The position numbers and the translations under genes are program-made. A stretch of 64,000 bases of DNA from Dehalococcoidia bacterium. Lineage in GTDB: Bacteria > Chloroflexota > Dehalococcoidia > Lucifugimonadales > GCA-2712585. This document shows positions 54,157 through 62,427 of this stretch, piece by piece. How positions within the stretch are numbered: position 1 is the first letter of the stretch; every line of letters starts with the position of its first letter. The notes under the pieces were generated by a model. It saw only the letters and a list, made by a program, of their open reading frames with translations. It was not told the origin of the DNA and searched no databases. The DNA lies in the NCBI GenBank assembly GCA_965247585.1, contig CBDFHC010000004.1, positions 66,554-130,553 on the forward strand. Direction: 5' to 3'.

Positions 54157-55881
54157 CTAGCGGGCTATGGCGTAGCCTTCGCGACGGCTGTCAGCGCCGG
54201 CGCGGAGGATGCCACGGTCGTGGTCGACTTCTATGGCGGCGAGGTTGCCAGCCTTGACGGCCCAATCATCCCAGACTTCGACGCGGTGGCCACGGCGTTC
54301 AAGCTCGGCGACGACGGCAGGGTCGATGCGACCTTCCAAGGTGACGAGTCCGGGGCTGTAGGCGTGGGGCCAGAAGGAGCCCGGGTAGCTGGAGGTGGCA
54401 AAGCGGGGAGCTTCAATGGCCTGCTGGGGGTCCATGCCGAACTCGACGATGTTGATGAACATTTCGGCCATGGCCTGACATTGGATGTCGCCTCCGGGGG
54501 TGCCGAAGGGCATCCAGGGCCGGCCGTTCTTGAAGGCCAGGGCGGGGTTGGGGGTGAGGCGGGGCCGCTTACCGGGGGCCAGGGCGCTGGGATGGGAGGG
54601 GTCCAGCCAGGACTGGTTGCCGCGAGACGAGAGGATGAAGCCGAGGCCGGGAACGATAGGGGTGCCGCCGAAGCCATCACTGGGGGTGGCTGAGAAGGCG
54701 TTGCCCCAGCGATCGACGGCGCAGGTGTAGCTGGTGTCTTCGCCCAGGCCGCCGGGGGCGGCGGCGGGTTGGGGCATTGCACCTACGGATCGGGCACCAG
54801 GCTGGAAGGCCCAAGGGTCGCCGGGGGTGGGCATTTCGGGGCAGGCGCGGCGGGGGTCCACCGCGGCGCGTCTAGATTCGGCGAAGGCCTTGGATAGGAG
54901 GCCGGCCATGGGAACGTCGACGAACTCCGGGTCGCCGTAGTAGGCATGACGGTCGGCGAAGGCGAGCTTGAAGGCCTCCAGCAATGTGTGGATGTAGTCA
55001 GCGCTGAGGTAGCCCATGCTTCGAAGGTCAAAGCCCTCCAGCAGGTGGAGGAACTGGATGAGCAGGGGACCCTGGCACCAGGGGCCGCAGGTGGCGACGT
55101 CTATGCCCTTGTAGCTGCCCCACTGAGCGGGCTCCAGCTTGACGCGGAAGGAGGCCATGTCTTCCATGGTGAGGAGGCCGCCCTGCTCCCGGCAGAAGCG
55201 GACCATCTCCTGGGCCAGCTCACCTTTGTAGAAGAAGTCACGGACAGCACGGATGGCGGCCTCGCGGCCGCTAGAAGCGGCGGCGCGCTCGACATCTATC
55301 AAGCGGCGGAAGGTGTTGGCCAGGTCTTTCTGGACCAGGACGTCGCCGACCTGGGGGGCGACGCCGTTGGGCATGAAGACGTAACGGCTGGAGGGCCAGG
55401 GAAGTCCCCCGGCGATGTACTGGCTAAGGAGGTGCGGCACAGGGAAGCCATCTTCGGCGAGTTGAAGGGCGGGGGTAACGGCCTGCTCGAAGGACATGGT
55501 GCCGTAGAGCTCAAAGGCGGTGAGCCAGGCATCGGCGGCGGAGGGAGTGACGGTACGGAGGATGCCCTCGGGGAGGTCGCCGCCGTGGTGTCGCTGGAAG
55601 AATTCGATGGAGGCGGCGCGAGGCCAGCGACCCAAGCCGCTAATGGTAACGGTCTCGTTCTTTTCGGCGTGGTGGAGGATGATGGGGGCAACGCCGCCGA
55701 AGCTGGTCCACTGGGGAAAGACGACGTTGATGGCGATGCCGGATGCGACGCCGGCGTCGATGGCGTTACCGCCCTCTTCGAGGATGCGGAAGCCGGCGGT
55801 GGCGGCGTGGTAGTGACCAGCGGAAACGGCGTGGGTGACGCCCATAATAGCGGGTTTGAAGGATGTGAGGCCCAGGGCCAT
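54157..55881 (-). CDS. Gamma-glutamyltransferase family protein
   Basis: 574 aa. GGT-family pattern including the autoprocessing/nucleophile Thr context (GEDTSYTCAVDRWGNAFSATPS) and the C-terminal GADSRREG. SD ggaggtg. Confidence 0.85.
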   Translation of the reverse strand: MALGLTSFKPAIMGVTHAVSAGHYHAATAGFRILEEGGNAIDAGVASGIAINVVFPQWTSFGGVAPIILHHAEKNETVTISGLGRWPRAASIEFFQRHHGGDLPEGILRTVTPSAADAWLTAFELYGTMSFEQAVTPALQLAEDGFPVPHLLSQYIAGGLPWPSSRYVFMPNGVAPQVGDVLVQKDLANTFRRLIDVERAAASSGREAAIRAVRDFFYKGELAQEMVRFCREQGGLLTMEDMASFRVKLEPAQWGSYKGIDVATCGPWCQGPLLIQFLHLLEGFDLRSMGYLSADYIHTLLEAFKLAFADRHAYYGDPEFVDVPMAGLLSKAFAESRRAAVDPRRACPEMPTPGDPWAFQPGARSVGAMPQPAAAPGGLGEDTSYTCAVDRWGNAFSATPSDGFGGTPIVPGLGFILSSRGNQSWLDPSHPSALAPGKRPRLTPNPALAFKNGRPWMPFGTPGGDIQCQAMAEMFINIVEFGMDPQQAIEAPRFATSSYPGSFWPHAYSPGLVTLEGRIDPAVVAELERRGHRVEVWDDWAVKAGNLAAIEVDHDRGILRAGADSRREGYAIAR

Positions 55882-55978
55882 GGGGCACCTCCAACGGGTT
55901 TCTTAAGCGGGATGACAGCAGGCACAGCATACCGGGTTTCGCGCGATTGCTCTACCCGGTGGAGCGAAGGCGGAGGGT

Positions 55979-56143
55979 TCAGCGGGCTACCAGAACGATG
56001 ACCACGACGACAACGGCGATGATGGCCAACATCATGACGAGGCAAGTGAGACGGAACATCATTTTCTGGATGGTTAGGGGGAGGAAGATGATGGTCATTG
56101 GGAGCTTCATCAAGCGTATGAGTAGCCCAACCAGAGAAAACAC
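55979..56143 (-). CDS. Possible small two-helix membrane protein (54 aa)
   Basis: A GTG at 56143 lies 4 nt after SD gagaggtga. It encodes VFSLVGLLIRLMKLPMTIIFLPLTIQKMMFRLTCLVMMLAIIAVVVVVIVLVAR, which is very hydrophobic. The region has lower GC than its surroundings. No homology was recognised. Confidence 0.3.
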   Translation of the reverse strand: MFSLVGLLIRLMKLPMTIIFLPLTIQKMMFRLTCLVMMLAIIAVVVVVIVLVAR

Positions 56144-56259
56144 CCGCTCACCTCTCTTATTTTTGGTTGCCGAAGGGCGGGCCTTCGGCCGACCGGAGGG
56201 CAAACCTTAAACCCAGAGCGATACGGATGTCCAGGGTGGAGGGGGAGAAGAATTAGCAG

Positions 56260-56408
56260 CGGGGGATGGCGTTGCTACCACGAAGGACTGCGAATCACGG
56301 GATGGTGGTGCCCACCGTCCCACCCAGAAATGTTTTTAAAAGCGAATTTCTGAGGGACACCCTCAGACTTCCGGCAGGGAACCAGGGTTCCCTGCACCCT
56401 CCTGCAGG
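56260..56408 (+). repeat. Intergenic repeat cluster 26 (A, B)
   Basis: A 56260-56340 (ggggatggcgttgctaccacgaaggactgcgaatcacgggatggtggtgcccacc...). B 56346-56408. Confidence 0.9.
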
Positions 56409-56459
56409 GCGCGTTATCGGAACCCTAGGCTAGGGAGGTTTCGTACCCGACGGCGGAGG

Positions 56460-57710
56460 CTAAGCGGTCCCGCCCCCTTTTACGATGCGGCCTCCCTGGA
56501 TGACGATGGGGATTTTCTTTTCGTCCTGGAGGACGGTTATGTCTTCCAGAGGGTTGCCGTCGACGACAATGATGTCAGCCAGCTTGCCCTCTTCCAGGGT
56601 GCCGATTTCGTTGCCCATGCCGACGAGGTTGGCGTTGGTCTTGGTGGCGGAGATGATGGCCATGGCGGGGCCCATGATGGCGGCCTTGAGCTCCAGTTCC
56701 AGGGCCTTTCGGTTGGCATCGGGGCCGTAGACATCGGAGCCTGAGGCGACGTTGACGCCGACGGCGATGGCAATTTCGACGCTCTGGGGAGCGCGGCCCT
56801 TGGCGAGGTTGATCTTGTCAAGCGTGGTCTGAGGAGTGCCGCCTTCGACGGTGTGCTTCGACTTAAGCTCGTAGACGGAGAGGGTGGGCACCAGGTACAT
56901 GTCAGCCTCTTTCATTAGGTAGGCGGACTCTTCATCCAGGAAGTTGCCGTGCTCAATGCTGAGGATGCCGGCCTGGACGCAGTTTTTGATGCCCTCTGGG
57001 ACGTATACGTGGGCCATGACGGGCTTGCGGACGACGCGGGCCTCATAGACGATGGCGGCCAGCTCCTCGACGGTGTACTGGGGGGCGTCCAGTGGGTCCG
57101 TGGGGGAGGCGGCGCCACCACCTGCCATGACCTTTATCTGGTCGGCGCCGGTGCGGAGCTGCTCTCGGGCCGCCTGGCGGACCTGGGGAACGCCGTCCGC
57201 GATGGCGGGGGGCGGCATGAGGGGGTGCCAGCGGCCGCAGGGGTCCGAGCGGTCGTGTCGCTGCCGCATGTCGCCGTGGCCTCCGGTCTGGGAGATGAAG
57301 GCGTTGGCGACGAACATGCGGGGGCCGGGGATGAGGCCGCGCTCGACTGCGAGCTTGAAGCTCCAGTCGCAGCCACCGGCGTCGCGGACGGTGGTGTAGC
57401 CGTACATGAGGGTATCCTTGATCATCCGGGCGACGGAGTAGGCGTAGACGGCGCCGGGGTGTTTGTTCTCGGTATCGGCGGCGAGGTTCTCCTCGGGGAA
57501 GGCGACGTGGGCATGAGCGTCGATGAGGCCGGGGAGGATGGTCTTGCCGGTGGCGTCGATAACGGTGGCGCCGCGGGGCGCGGAGACCTGGGAGGCGGGG
57601 CCGACTGCCTTGATACGGTCGCCCTCGATAACGAGGGTGCCGGGGCCGTAGGGGTCACGTCCGGTGCTGTCAAATATGGTGGCGTTTTCTAGGACTAGGG
57701 TGTCGGCCAT
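56460..57710 (-). CDS. Amidohydrolase family protein (metal-dependent hydrolase)
   Basis: 416 aa. GLIDAHAHV metal-binding motif with later HV/HG and D residues in TIM-barrel order. SD gggagg. Confidence 0.85.
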   Translation of the reverse strand: MADTLVLENATIFDSTGRDPYGPGTLVIEGDRIKAVGPASQVSAPRGATVIDATGKTILPGLIDAHAHVAFPEENLAADTENKHPGAVYAYSVARMIKDTLMYGYTTVRDAGGCDWSFKLAVERGLIPGPRMFVANAFISQTGGHGDMRQRHDRSDPCGRWHPLMPPPAIADGVPQVRQAAREQLRTGADQIKVMAGGGAASPTDPLDAPQYTVEELAAIVYEARVVRKPVMAHVYVPEGIKNCVQAGILSIEHGNFLDEESAYLMKEADMYLVPTLSVYELKSKHTVEGGTPQTTLDKINLAKGRAPQSVEIAIAVGVNVASGSDVYGPDANRKALELELKAAIMGPAMAIISATKTNANLVGMGNEIGTLEEGKLADIIVVDGNPLEDITVLQDEKKIPIVIQGGRIVKGGGTA

Positions 57711-57935
57711 GGTGGACCTCCCGATGGGGTTGGGGTGGGTGGGTTCCAGTGCGGTTGGAGTATAGCAGGTGGGGGTGGGGTGGGGAGGGAAAGGGGGGCT
57801 TTGGTATCATCTAAGCTCATGAGGTTTTGGATGGTATAGCAAGCTGCGGAATCCTTTGGTGCCACTATATTAATGGCTTTTGGACATGGGCAAGACGGGG
57901 CGCTCCGACGATGTTGAAAAAATTCAGAATTCAGG

Positions 57936-58364
57936 ATGACGGTAATTGTTGTCGTCGCTGTTGGAACGCTCATTTGCGGAGTATATTGTGACCCGCAGTT
58001 TGAGTCCGTTGAGTGGACTGTGGTGAACAATACAGCTATTCCGATTGGAGGGTTTCTAAACGGTGTAGCGAGCGGTCCGATTCTTCCACCTGGGGGAGAT
58101 GGCGGATTCATCCGCGGCGCGCCGGACAAGGCTCAACAGGGCGAGACAAGATACATTTTCAGGGCTCTTGAGTTCGTTCTGGGCGAAGGCCTGCTAGCAG
58201 GTCCGGGCGGCACTGGGCATATGGGAAAGTTGGTGTTTTGCAGGGAATACACGTGGAATGAAATGGAGGCGATGGAGTTTAAGATAGTCGTAACGCAGAA
58301 TATTCCTGGGGCGGTGCACTACGTCGAAGGGGAGCCGTGTCCGGTGGCGAACGAGCAGGGGTGA
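57936..58364 (+). CDS. Hypothetical protein with a hydrophobic N-terminus (secreted or membrane-anchored), lower-GC island
   Basis: 142 aa starting MTVIVVVAVGTLICGVYC. No family recognised. Visibly lower GC than the flanking genes. Weak SD. Confidence 0.4.
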   Translation: MTVIVVVAVGTLICGVYCDPQFESVEWTVVNNTAIPIGGFLNGVASGPILPPGGDGGFIRGAPDKAQQGETRYIFRALEFVLGEGLLAGPGGTGHMGKLVFCREYTWNEMEAMEFKIVVTQNIPGAVHYVEGEPCPVANEQG

Positions 58365-58383
58365 CATTGCCCATTAAAGCTAC

Positions 58384-58707
58384 GTGATCCGGACCTGTGG
58401 GCAACTTTGGCGCGGACAAGAAGTTCACCTGGCAGCGACTGGAGGGGAGGCTGGGGAGGTTGACGCGATTGTTGAACGTGGCGGCCTGCTGGACCTGGTT
58501 GAAATCAAGACTGGTAGTTTGGCCCATCTCCGCGGGGAACACCTCGAGCAGCAATTGAGTGTATTATCTGACTACGCAGAAGAGCACATTGACGAATTCA
58601 CCGGCCAGAAGATACTTGTGATACACGGGTACCTGAAGCCGACGGTGAAACCACACGTCAAAAAATACACGGCCGACACAGGTTTCGAGGTGGTATATCT
58701 TCCATGA
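58384..58707 (+). CDS. Orphan Rhs-associated C-terminal module with a PD-(D/E)xK nuclease-like core (possibly frameshifted)
   Basis: GEVDAIVERGGLLDLVEIKTG matches the D...(D/E)xK core of YraN/Hjc-like restriction-endonuclease-fold proteins. Nucleotides 58399-58446 are about 80% identical to the Rhs core tail at 59688-59735, but that tail is read in a different frame from this ORF. Confidence 0.45.
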   Translation: MIRTCGQLWRGQEVHLAATGGEAGEVDAIVERGGLLDLVEIKTGSLAHLRGEHLEQQLSVLSDYAEEHIDEFTGQKILVIHGYLKPTVKPHVKKYTADTGFEVVYLP

Positions 58708-59561
58708 AGCCTATCTGGTACACCCGTACATTTCTGGAAAGCGACCGTATTTCTCGAATGGGCATGGAACGCTATATCGGCATTCTGTTGAATCGCGGCT
58801 GGCAGCCAGTTGTTGACTACGACACACCCTTCGGTACCGCAGAATTCTTAAAGCTAGATTCGGAGGTTCGGGGGTTAGAGACGGGCAGTCTAGATCAGGC
58901 AATTGAAGCGTCAGTTCAGCAGCAAGAAGCCTACATAGGGTTTGGGCGAAGCTTCCCCTTCGAAAGGGACGGCCAACAAAACGTATACCGAGTACTGTTG
59001 GATCTATTTGTAAAGCATTTTGATGCGCCCAAAGGGTTGGACAACGAAGAAGACTGTGAAACCGCCAAGCCATTTCTAGAGGTTGGATTTGATGTGGACC
59101 TCATCCAGTGGCAGGGTATACCGGGCGCCTATAAAGAGATTTACGAGTTGAGTTGCACGATGTTTGAGTCGTTAAACCCCCTCTACGGATTCGGAGATGG
59201 GTCTGATTTAGAGTACATGGGACTTGGGATGTGTGATGGGCCATCGTATCCCGAAATCCTAGGAGACACACGGCCACCTATATTCTGGCTCAACTACTTT
59301 ACGAAAAAGCACTTGGAGATAATAGGTGAAAACCGGGTCCTTGAGTGTGCCGAGGTTGAGGTGAGGGAATATGAGACCGGGGGGACCTCTCTGTTCTTGG
59401 GCTATCCGTTGAGCTTCTATCCGATCAGTGGCTGGACTCCGAGTAAAGGCGAATGGGTCGGTGAGGAGGATTACGAGATAAGAATTATTGAAAGCCTTAA
59501 TCTGAGAAGTTGGTGGGTGCCAGATAAGCATCCGTTGTTGATGAAACACCCGTACCTGTGA
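58704..59561 (+). CDS. Candidate cognate immunity protein (285 aa, no family recognised)
   Basis: ATGA overlap with the preceding toxin-like ORF indicates translational coupling. Acidic cytoplasmic protein with lower GC. The call is positional only. Confidence 0.35.
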   Translation: MKPIWYTRTFLESDRISRMGMERYIGILLNRGWQPVVDYDTPFGTAEFLKLDSEVRGLETGSLDQAIEASVQQQEAYIGFGRSFPFERDGQQNVYRVLLDLFVKHFDAPKGLDNEEDCETAKPFLEVGFDVDLIQWQGIPGAYKEIYELSCTMFESLNPLYGFGDGSDLEYMGLGMCDGPSYPEILGDTRPPIFWLNYFTKKHLEIIGENRVLECAEVEVREYETGGTSLFLGYPLSFYPISGWTPSKGEWVGEEDYEIRIIESLNLRSWWVPDKHPLLMKHPYL

Positions 59562-59562
59562 T

Positions 59563-59826
59563 TTGGTGGCGACGCTGCGCTATTTCCATCAGGACCACTT
59601 GGAGAGTTCCAGCGTGGCGACGGACAGCACCGGAGCGTCGGTGGGGACGCAGACGTACAAGCCGTTTGGGGAGACTCGCACGTCCACGGGCAGCTTTGGC
59701 ACTGACAAGAAGTTCACGGGGCAACGGCTGGACGGCACGGGGCTCTACTTTTACAACGCTCGGTACTATGACGCAACGCTGGGCAGGTTTGTGGGGGATA
59801 GCCCCCGCCGATTCCCCGAAAAGTGA
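59563..59826 (+). pseudogene. Truncated Rhs/YD-repeat core C-terminal fragment
   Basis: RYFHQDHLESSSVATDSTG...TYKPFGE...KKFTGQRLDGTGLYFYNARYYDATLGRFVGDSP is the conserved end of the Rhs core (YYHxDHLGS ... GLYYYGARYYDPxLGRFxSxDP). It begins abruptly 1 nt after the preceding stop and ends at a stop that abuts a module-B hairpin. There is no N-terminal core and no toxin domain. Confidence 0.8.
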
Positions 59827-59866
59827 CGGCAGAGGGGCCAGCCCCTCTGCACTCCCCGGATTTTGG
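59827..59866 (+). repeat. Intergenic repeat cluster 27 (B hairpin-2 tail only)
   Basis: cggcagaggggccagcccctctgcactccccgg with a perfect 9-bp stem gcagagggg/cccctctgc (59829-59850). Directly abuts the stop of the Rhs fragment. Confidence 0.8.
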
Positions 59867-59994
59867 GGACGTATCAGAAACGGACGCTGCTTAGGCGTAG
59901 ACCGAGCCGGAGGGCGGGATTTATAGTAGGATATACGGTGCCTGGGCTTCGAGTGTCTCTCGGGCCGGGCGTTACTTATTAGAGAGGTGTTTTG

Positions 59995-62358
59995 ATGGCG
60001 GACTACGAGCCAAATGTGGTTCTTGCCACAAGGAAGTATGACGTTGTTGGTACTCGGCCCATCCGGCACGACGGCGCGGATAAGGTGACGGGGGCGGCGA
60101 AGTATGGCGCGGACTATAATCCCACGCTACTGCTGTATGGAGCAGTGCTCCGGAGTCCGCACGCCCACGCGAAAATAAAGTCGATCGACGTTAGCGCAGC
60201 GGAGGCGCTGCCCGGGGTTCACGCGGTGGTGACGCACCGGGATTTCCCGGGACGGCACCAGGACGCCATGGGCATCGCTTCCAGCGTGGTTGACAGGATC
60301 GGGGACCAGGTTAGGGCCAAGCTCGAAGTACCGTTGTCAGTGGAGGTTCGGAGCGAGACTTCCGTTGGCTTGCAACGGCAGCGGGACAATGTGCTGGCGA
60401 GCAGCAAGGCGCTGTATAAGGGCCAGCAGATCGCCGCGGTGGTGGCGGACAGCCTGCACACAGCCGAGGAGGCGGTGTCGCTGATAAAGGTGGGCTATGA
60501 GGTGCTTCCCTCGGTGCTGACAGCGCCGGAGGGAGCCAAGGACGGCGCACCGTTGCTCCATGACGACTTGAAGACCACGGAGCTGGGCGAGGAGACGGAG
60601 AAGCACAGCAACCTGGCGACGCATTTCAAGCACACGTTGGGTGACGTAGAGAAGGGGTTCGCGGAGGCGGATGTGGTAGTGGAGCACGAGTTTAACACGG
60701 CGACGGTACACCAGGGGTACATCGAACCGCACAACGCCACGGCGATGTGGAACAAGGACGGCCGGGTGAGCGTGTGGTGCAGCACGCAGGCGCCTTTCGA
60801 GGTTAGGGACTCGATGTCGGACCTGCTGGAGTTGCCTGTTTCGAAGATCAGGATCACGCCAATGGAGATAGGCGGCGGGTTCGGCGGGAAGATAAACGTG
60901 TACCTGGAGCCGTTGGCGGCGATGCTGTCTAAGAAGACCGGGAGACCTGTAAAACTGACGATGCCCCGAACGGCGATATTCGAAGGGACTGGTCCGACAT
61001 CGGGGTCCTACGTTCGGGTGAAGATAGGGGCGAAGAAGGACGGGACGCTGACGGCGGGACAGGCGTACCTGGCCTACGAGGCGGGGGCGTATCCGGGGGC
61101 GCTGGTGGACGCCGGGGCGCTGTGCGTTTACGCGGCTTATGAGATACCGAACCAGGAGATAGACGGATACGACGTGGTGGTGAACAAGCCGAAGGTGGCG
61201 GCGTACCGGGCGCCGGGAGCGCCGAACGCGGCGTTCGCGACGGAGTCTGTGATGGACGATCTGGCGGAGAAGCTGGGAATGGACCCGCTGGAGTTTCGGC
61301 TGAAGAACGCAGCAAAAGAAGGGACGCGGCGCGCGGTGGGACCAACGCACCAGAAGATAGGGGTGGTGGAGGTGTTGGAGGCGATGAAGGACCACGACCA
61401 TTGGAACTCGCCGCTGGAGGGCCCGAACCGGGGCCGGGGCGCGGCGGTTGGGTATTGGTTCAACATTGGGCTGCCTTCGAGCTGCACGATAAGCGTGGAG
61501 AAGGACGGAACGGTGTCGCTGGTGGAGGGGAACCCGGACATCGGCGGGACGAGGGCATCGCTGGCGATGCAGGCGGCGGAGGTGCTGGGAATTCGGGCGG
61601 AGGATGTGATGCCGACGGTGGTGGATACGGACCTGACGGGTTTCACGGCGCTGACGGCGGGAAGCCGTACGACGTTCGCGACGGGTTGGGCGGCGTACGA
61701 GGCGGCGCAGGGTGTAAAGGCGCAGATGATAGCCCGGGCGGCAACGATATGGGAAGTGGACGCCGACTCGGTGGAGCTGAAAAGCGGGACGTTCCAATCT
61801 AAGACGGACCCGGAGCTAAAGATGGGGTTCAAGGAGCTGGCGGGCCAGCTTCTGGAAACCGGAGGGCCGATTGTTGGCAGCGGCACGGTGAACCCATCGG
61901 GCGTGGGAGGCTCGGCCTCTGGGATGATAATTGACGTGGAGGTGGACCCGGAGACGGGGAAGGTGGAGGTGCTGCGGGTGACCGCGGTGCAGGACGCGGG
62001 GAAGGCGGTGCACCCCAGCTACGTGGAGGGTCAGATGCAGGGCGGCAGCGTGCAGGGAATAGGCTGGGCGCTGAACGAAGAGTATTACTACAACGACGCG
62101 GGCGAAATGGTCAACGGGTCGTTCCTGGACTACCGGATACCGACGTCGCTGGACCTGCCAATGATAGACACGGTGATAGTGGAGGTGCACAACCCCGGGC
62201 ACCCATACGGGGTGCGTGGGGTGGGGGAGGCATCGATAGTGCCGCCGCTGGGAGCGGTGGCGAACGCGGTGAAGAACGCGATTGGAACTAGGATTACAGA
62301 CCTGCCGATGAACCCGGGCGCGGTGCTGGAGGCGCTGTGGAAGAAGGAAGGGAAGTAA
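59995..62358 (+). CDS. Xanthine dehydrogenase / aldehyde oxidase family molybdopterin-binding (large) subunit
   Basis: 787 aa. a/b-hammerhead region (LPGVHAVVTHRDFPG), the GGGFGGK motif and C-terminal molybdopterin-binding domains. ATG at 59995, 5 nt after SD agagaggtg; the track starts at the TTG at 59992. Confidence 0.9.
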   Translation: MADYEPNVVLATRKYDVVGTRPIRHDGADKVTGAAKYGADYNPTLLLYGAVLRSPHAHAKIKSIDVSAAEALPGVHAVVTHRDFPGRHQDAMGIASSVVDRIGDQVRAKLEVPLSVEVRSETSVGLQRQRDNVLASSKALYKGQQIAAVVADSLHTAEEAVSLIKVGYEVLPSVLTAPEGAKDGAPLLHDDLKTTELGEETEKHSNLATHFKHTLGDVEKGFAEADVVVEHEFNTATVHQGYIEPHNATAMWNKDGRVSVWCSTQAPFEVRDSMSDLLELPVSKIRITPMEIGGGFGGKINVYLEPLAAMLSKKTGRPVKLTMPRTAIFEGTGPTSGSYVRVKIGAKKDGTLTAGQAYLAYEAGAYPGALVDAGALCVYAAYEIPNQEIDGYDVVVNKPKVAAYRAPGAPNAAFATESVMDDLAEKLGMDPLEFRLKNAAKEGTRRAVGPTHQKIGVVEVLEAMKDHDHWNSPLEGPNRGRGAAVGYWFNIGLPSSCTISVEKDGTVSLVEGNPDIGGTRASLAMQAAEVLGIRAEDVMPTVVDTDLTGFTALTAGSRTTFATGWAAYEAAQGVKAQMIARAATIWEVDADSVELKSGTFQSKTDPELKMGFKELAGQLLETGGPIVGSGTVNPSGVGGSASGMIIDVEVDPETGKVEVLRVTAVQDAGKAVHPSYVEGQMQGGSVQGIGWALNEEYYYNDAGEMVNGSFLDYRIPTSLDLPMIDTVIVEVHNPGHPYGVRGVGEASIVPPLGAVANAVKNAIGTRITDLPMNPGAVLEALWKKEGK

Positions 62359-62383
62359 GGGCGTTAGCTTAAGGAAACGCGAG

Positions 62384-62421
62384 GGCCCGGTCCGCTGAGG
62401 CGGGCCGGGCCTTTTGTTTTT
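62384..62421 (+). terminator. Intrinsic terminator after the molybdoenzyme gene
   Basis: ggcccggtccgc-tgag-gcgggccgggcc (12-bp stem including one G-U pair) followed by ttttgttttt, 26 nt after the stop. Confidence 0.85.
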
Positions 62422-62427
62422 GGAGGG

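Noticed and set aside
60337-61797. 486-aa minus-strand ORF opposite the molybdoenzyme gene
   Set aside because: The translation is extremely R/H/P/L-rich. It is antisense to a gene with the GGGFGGK motif and other family motifs.
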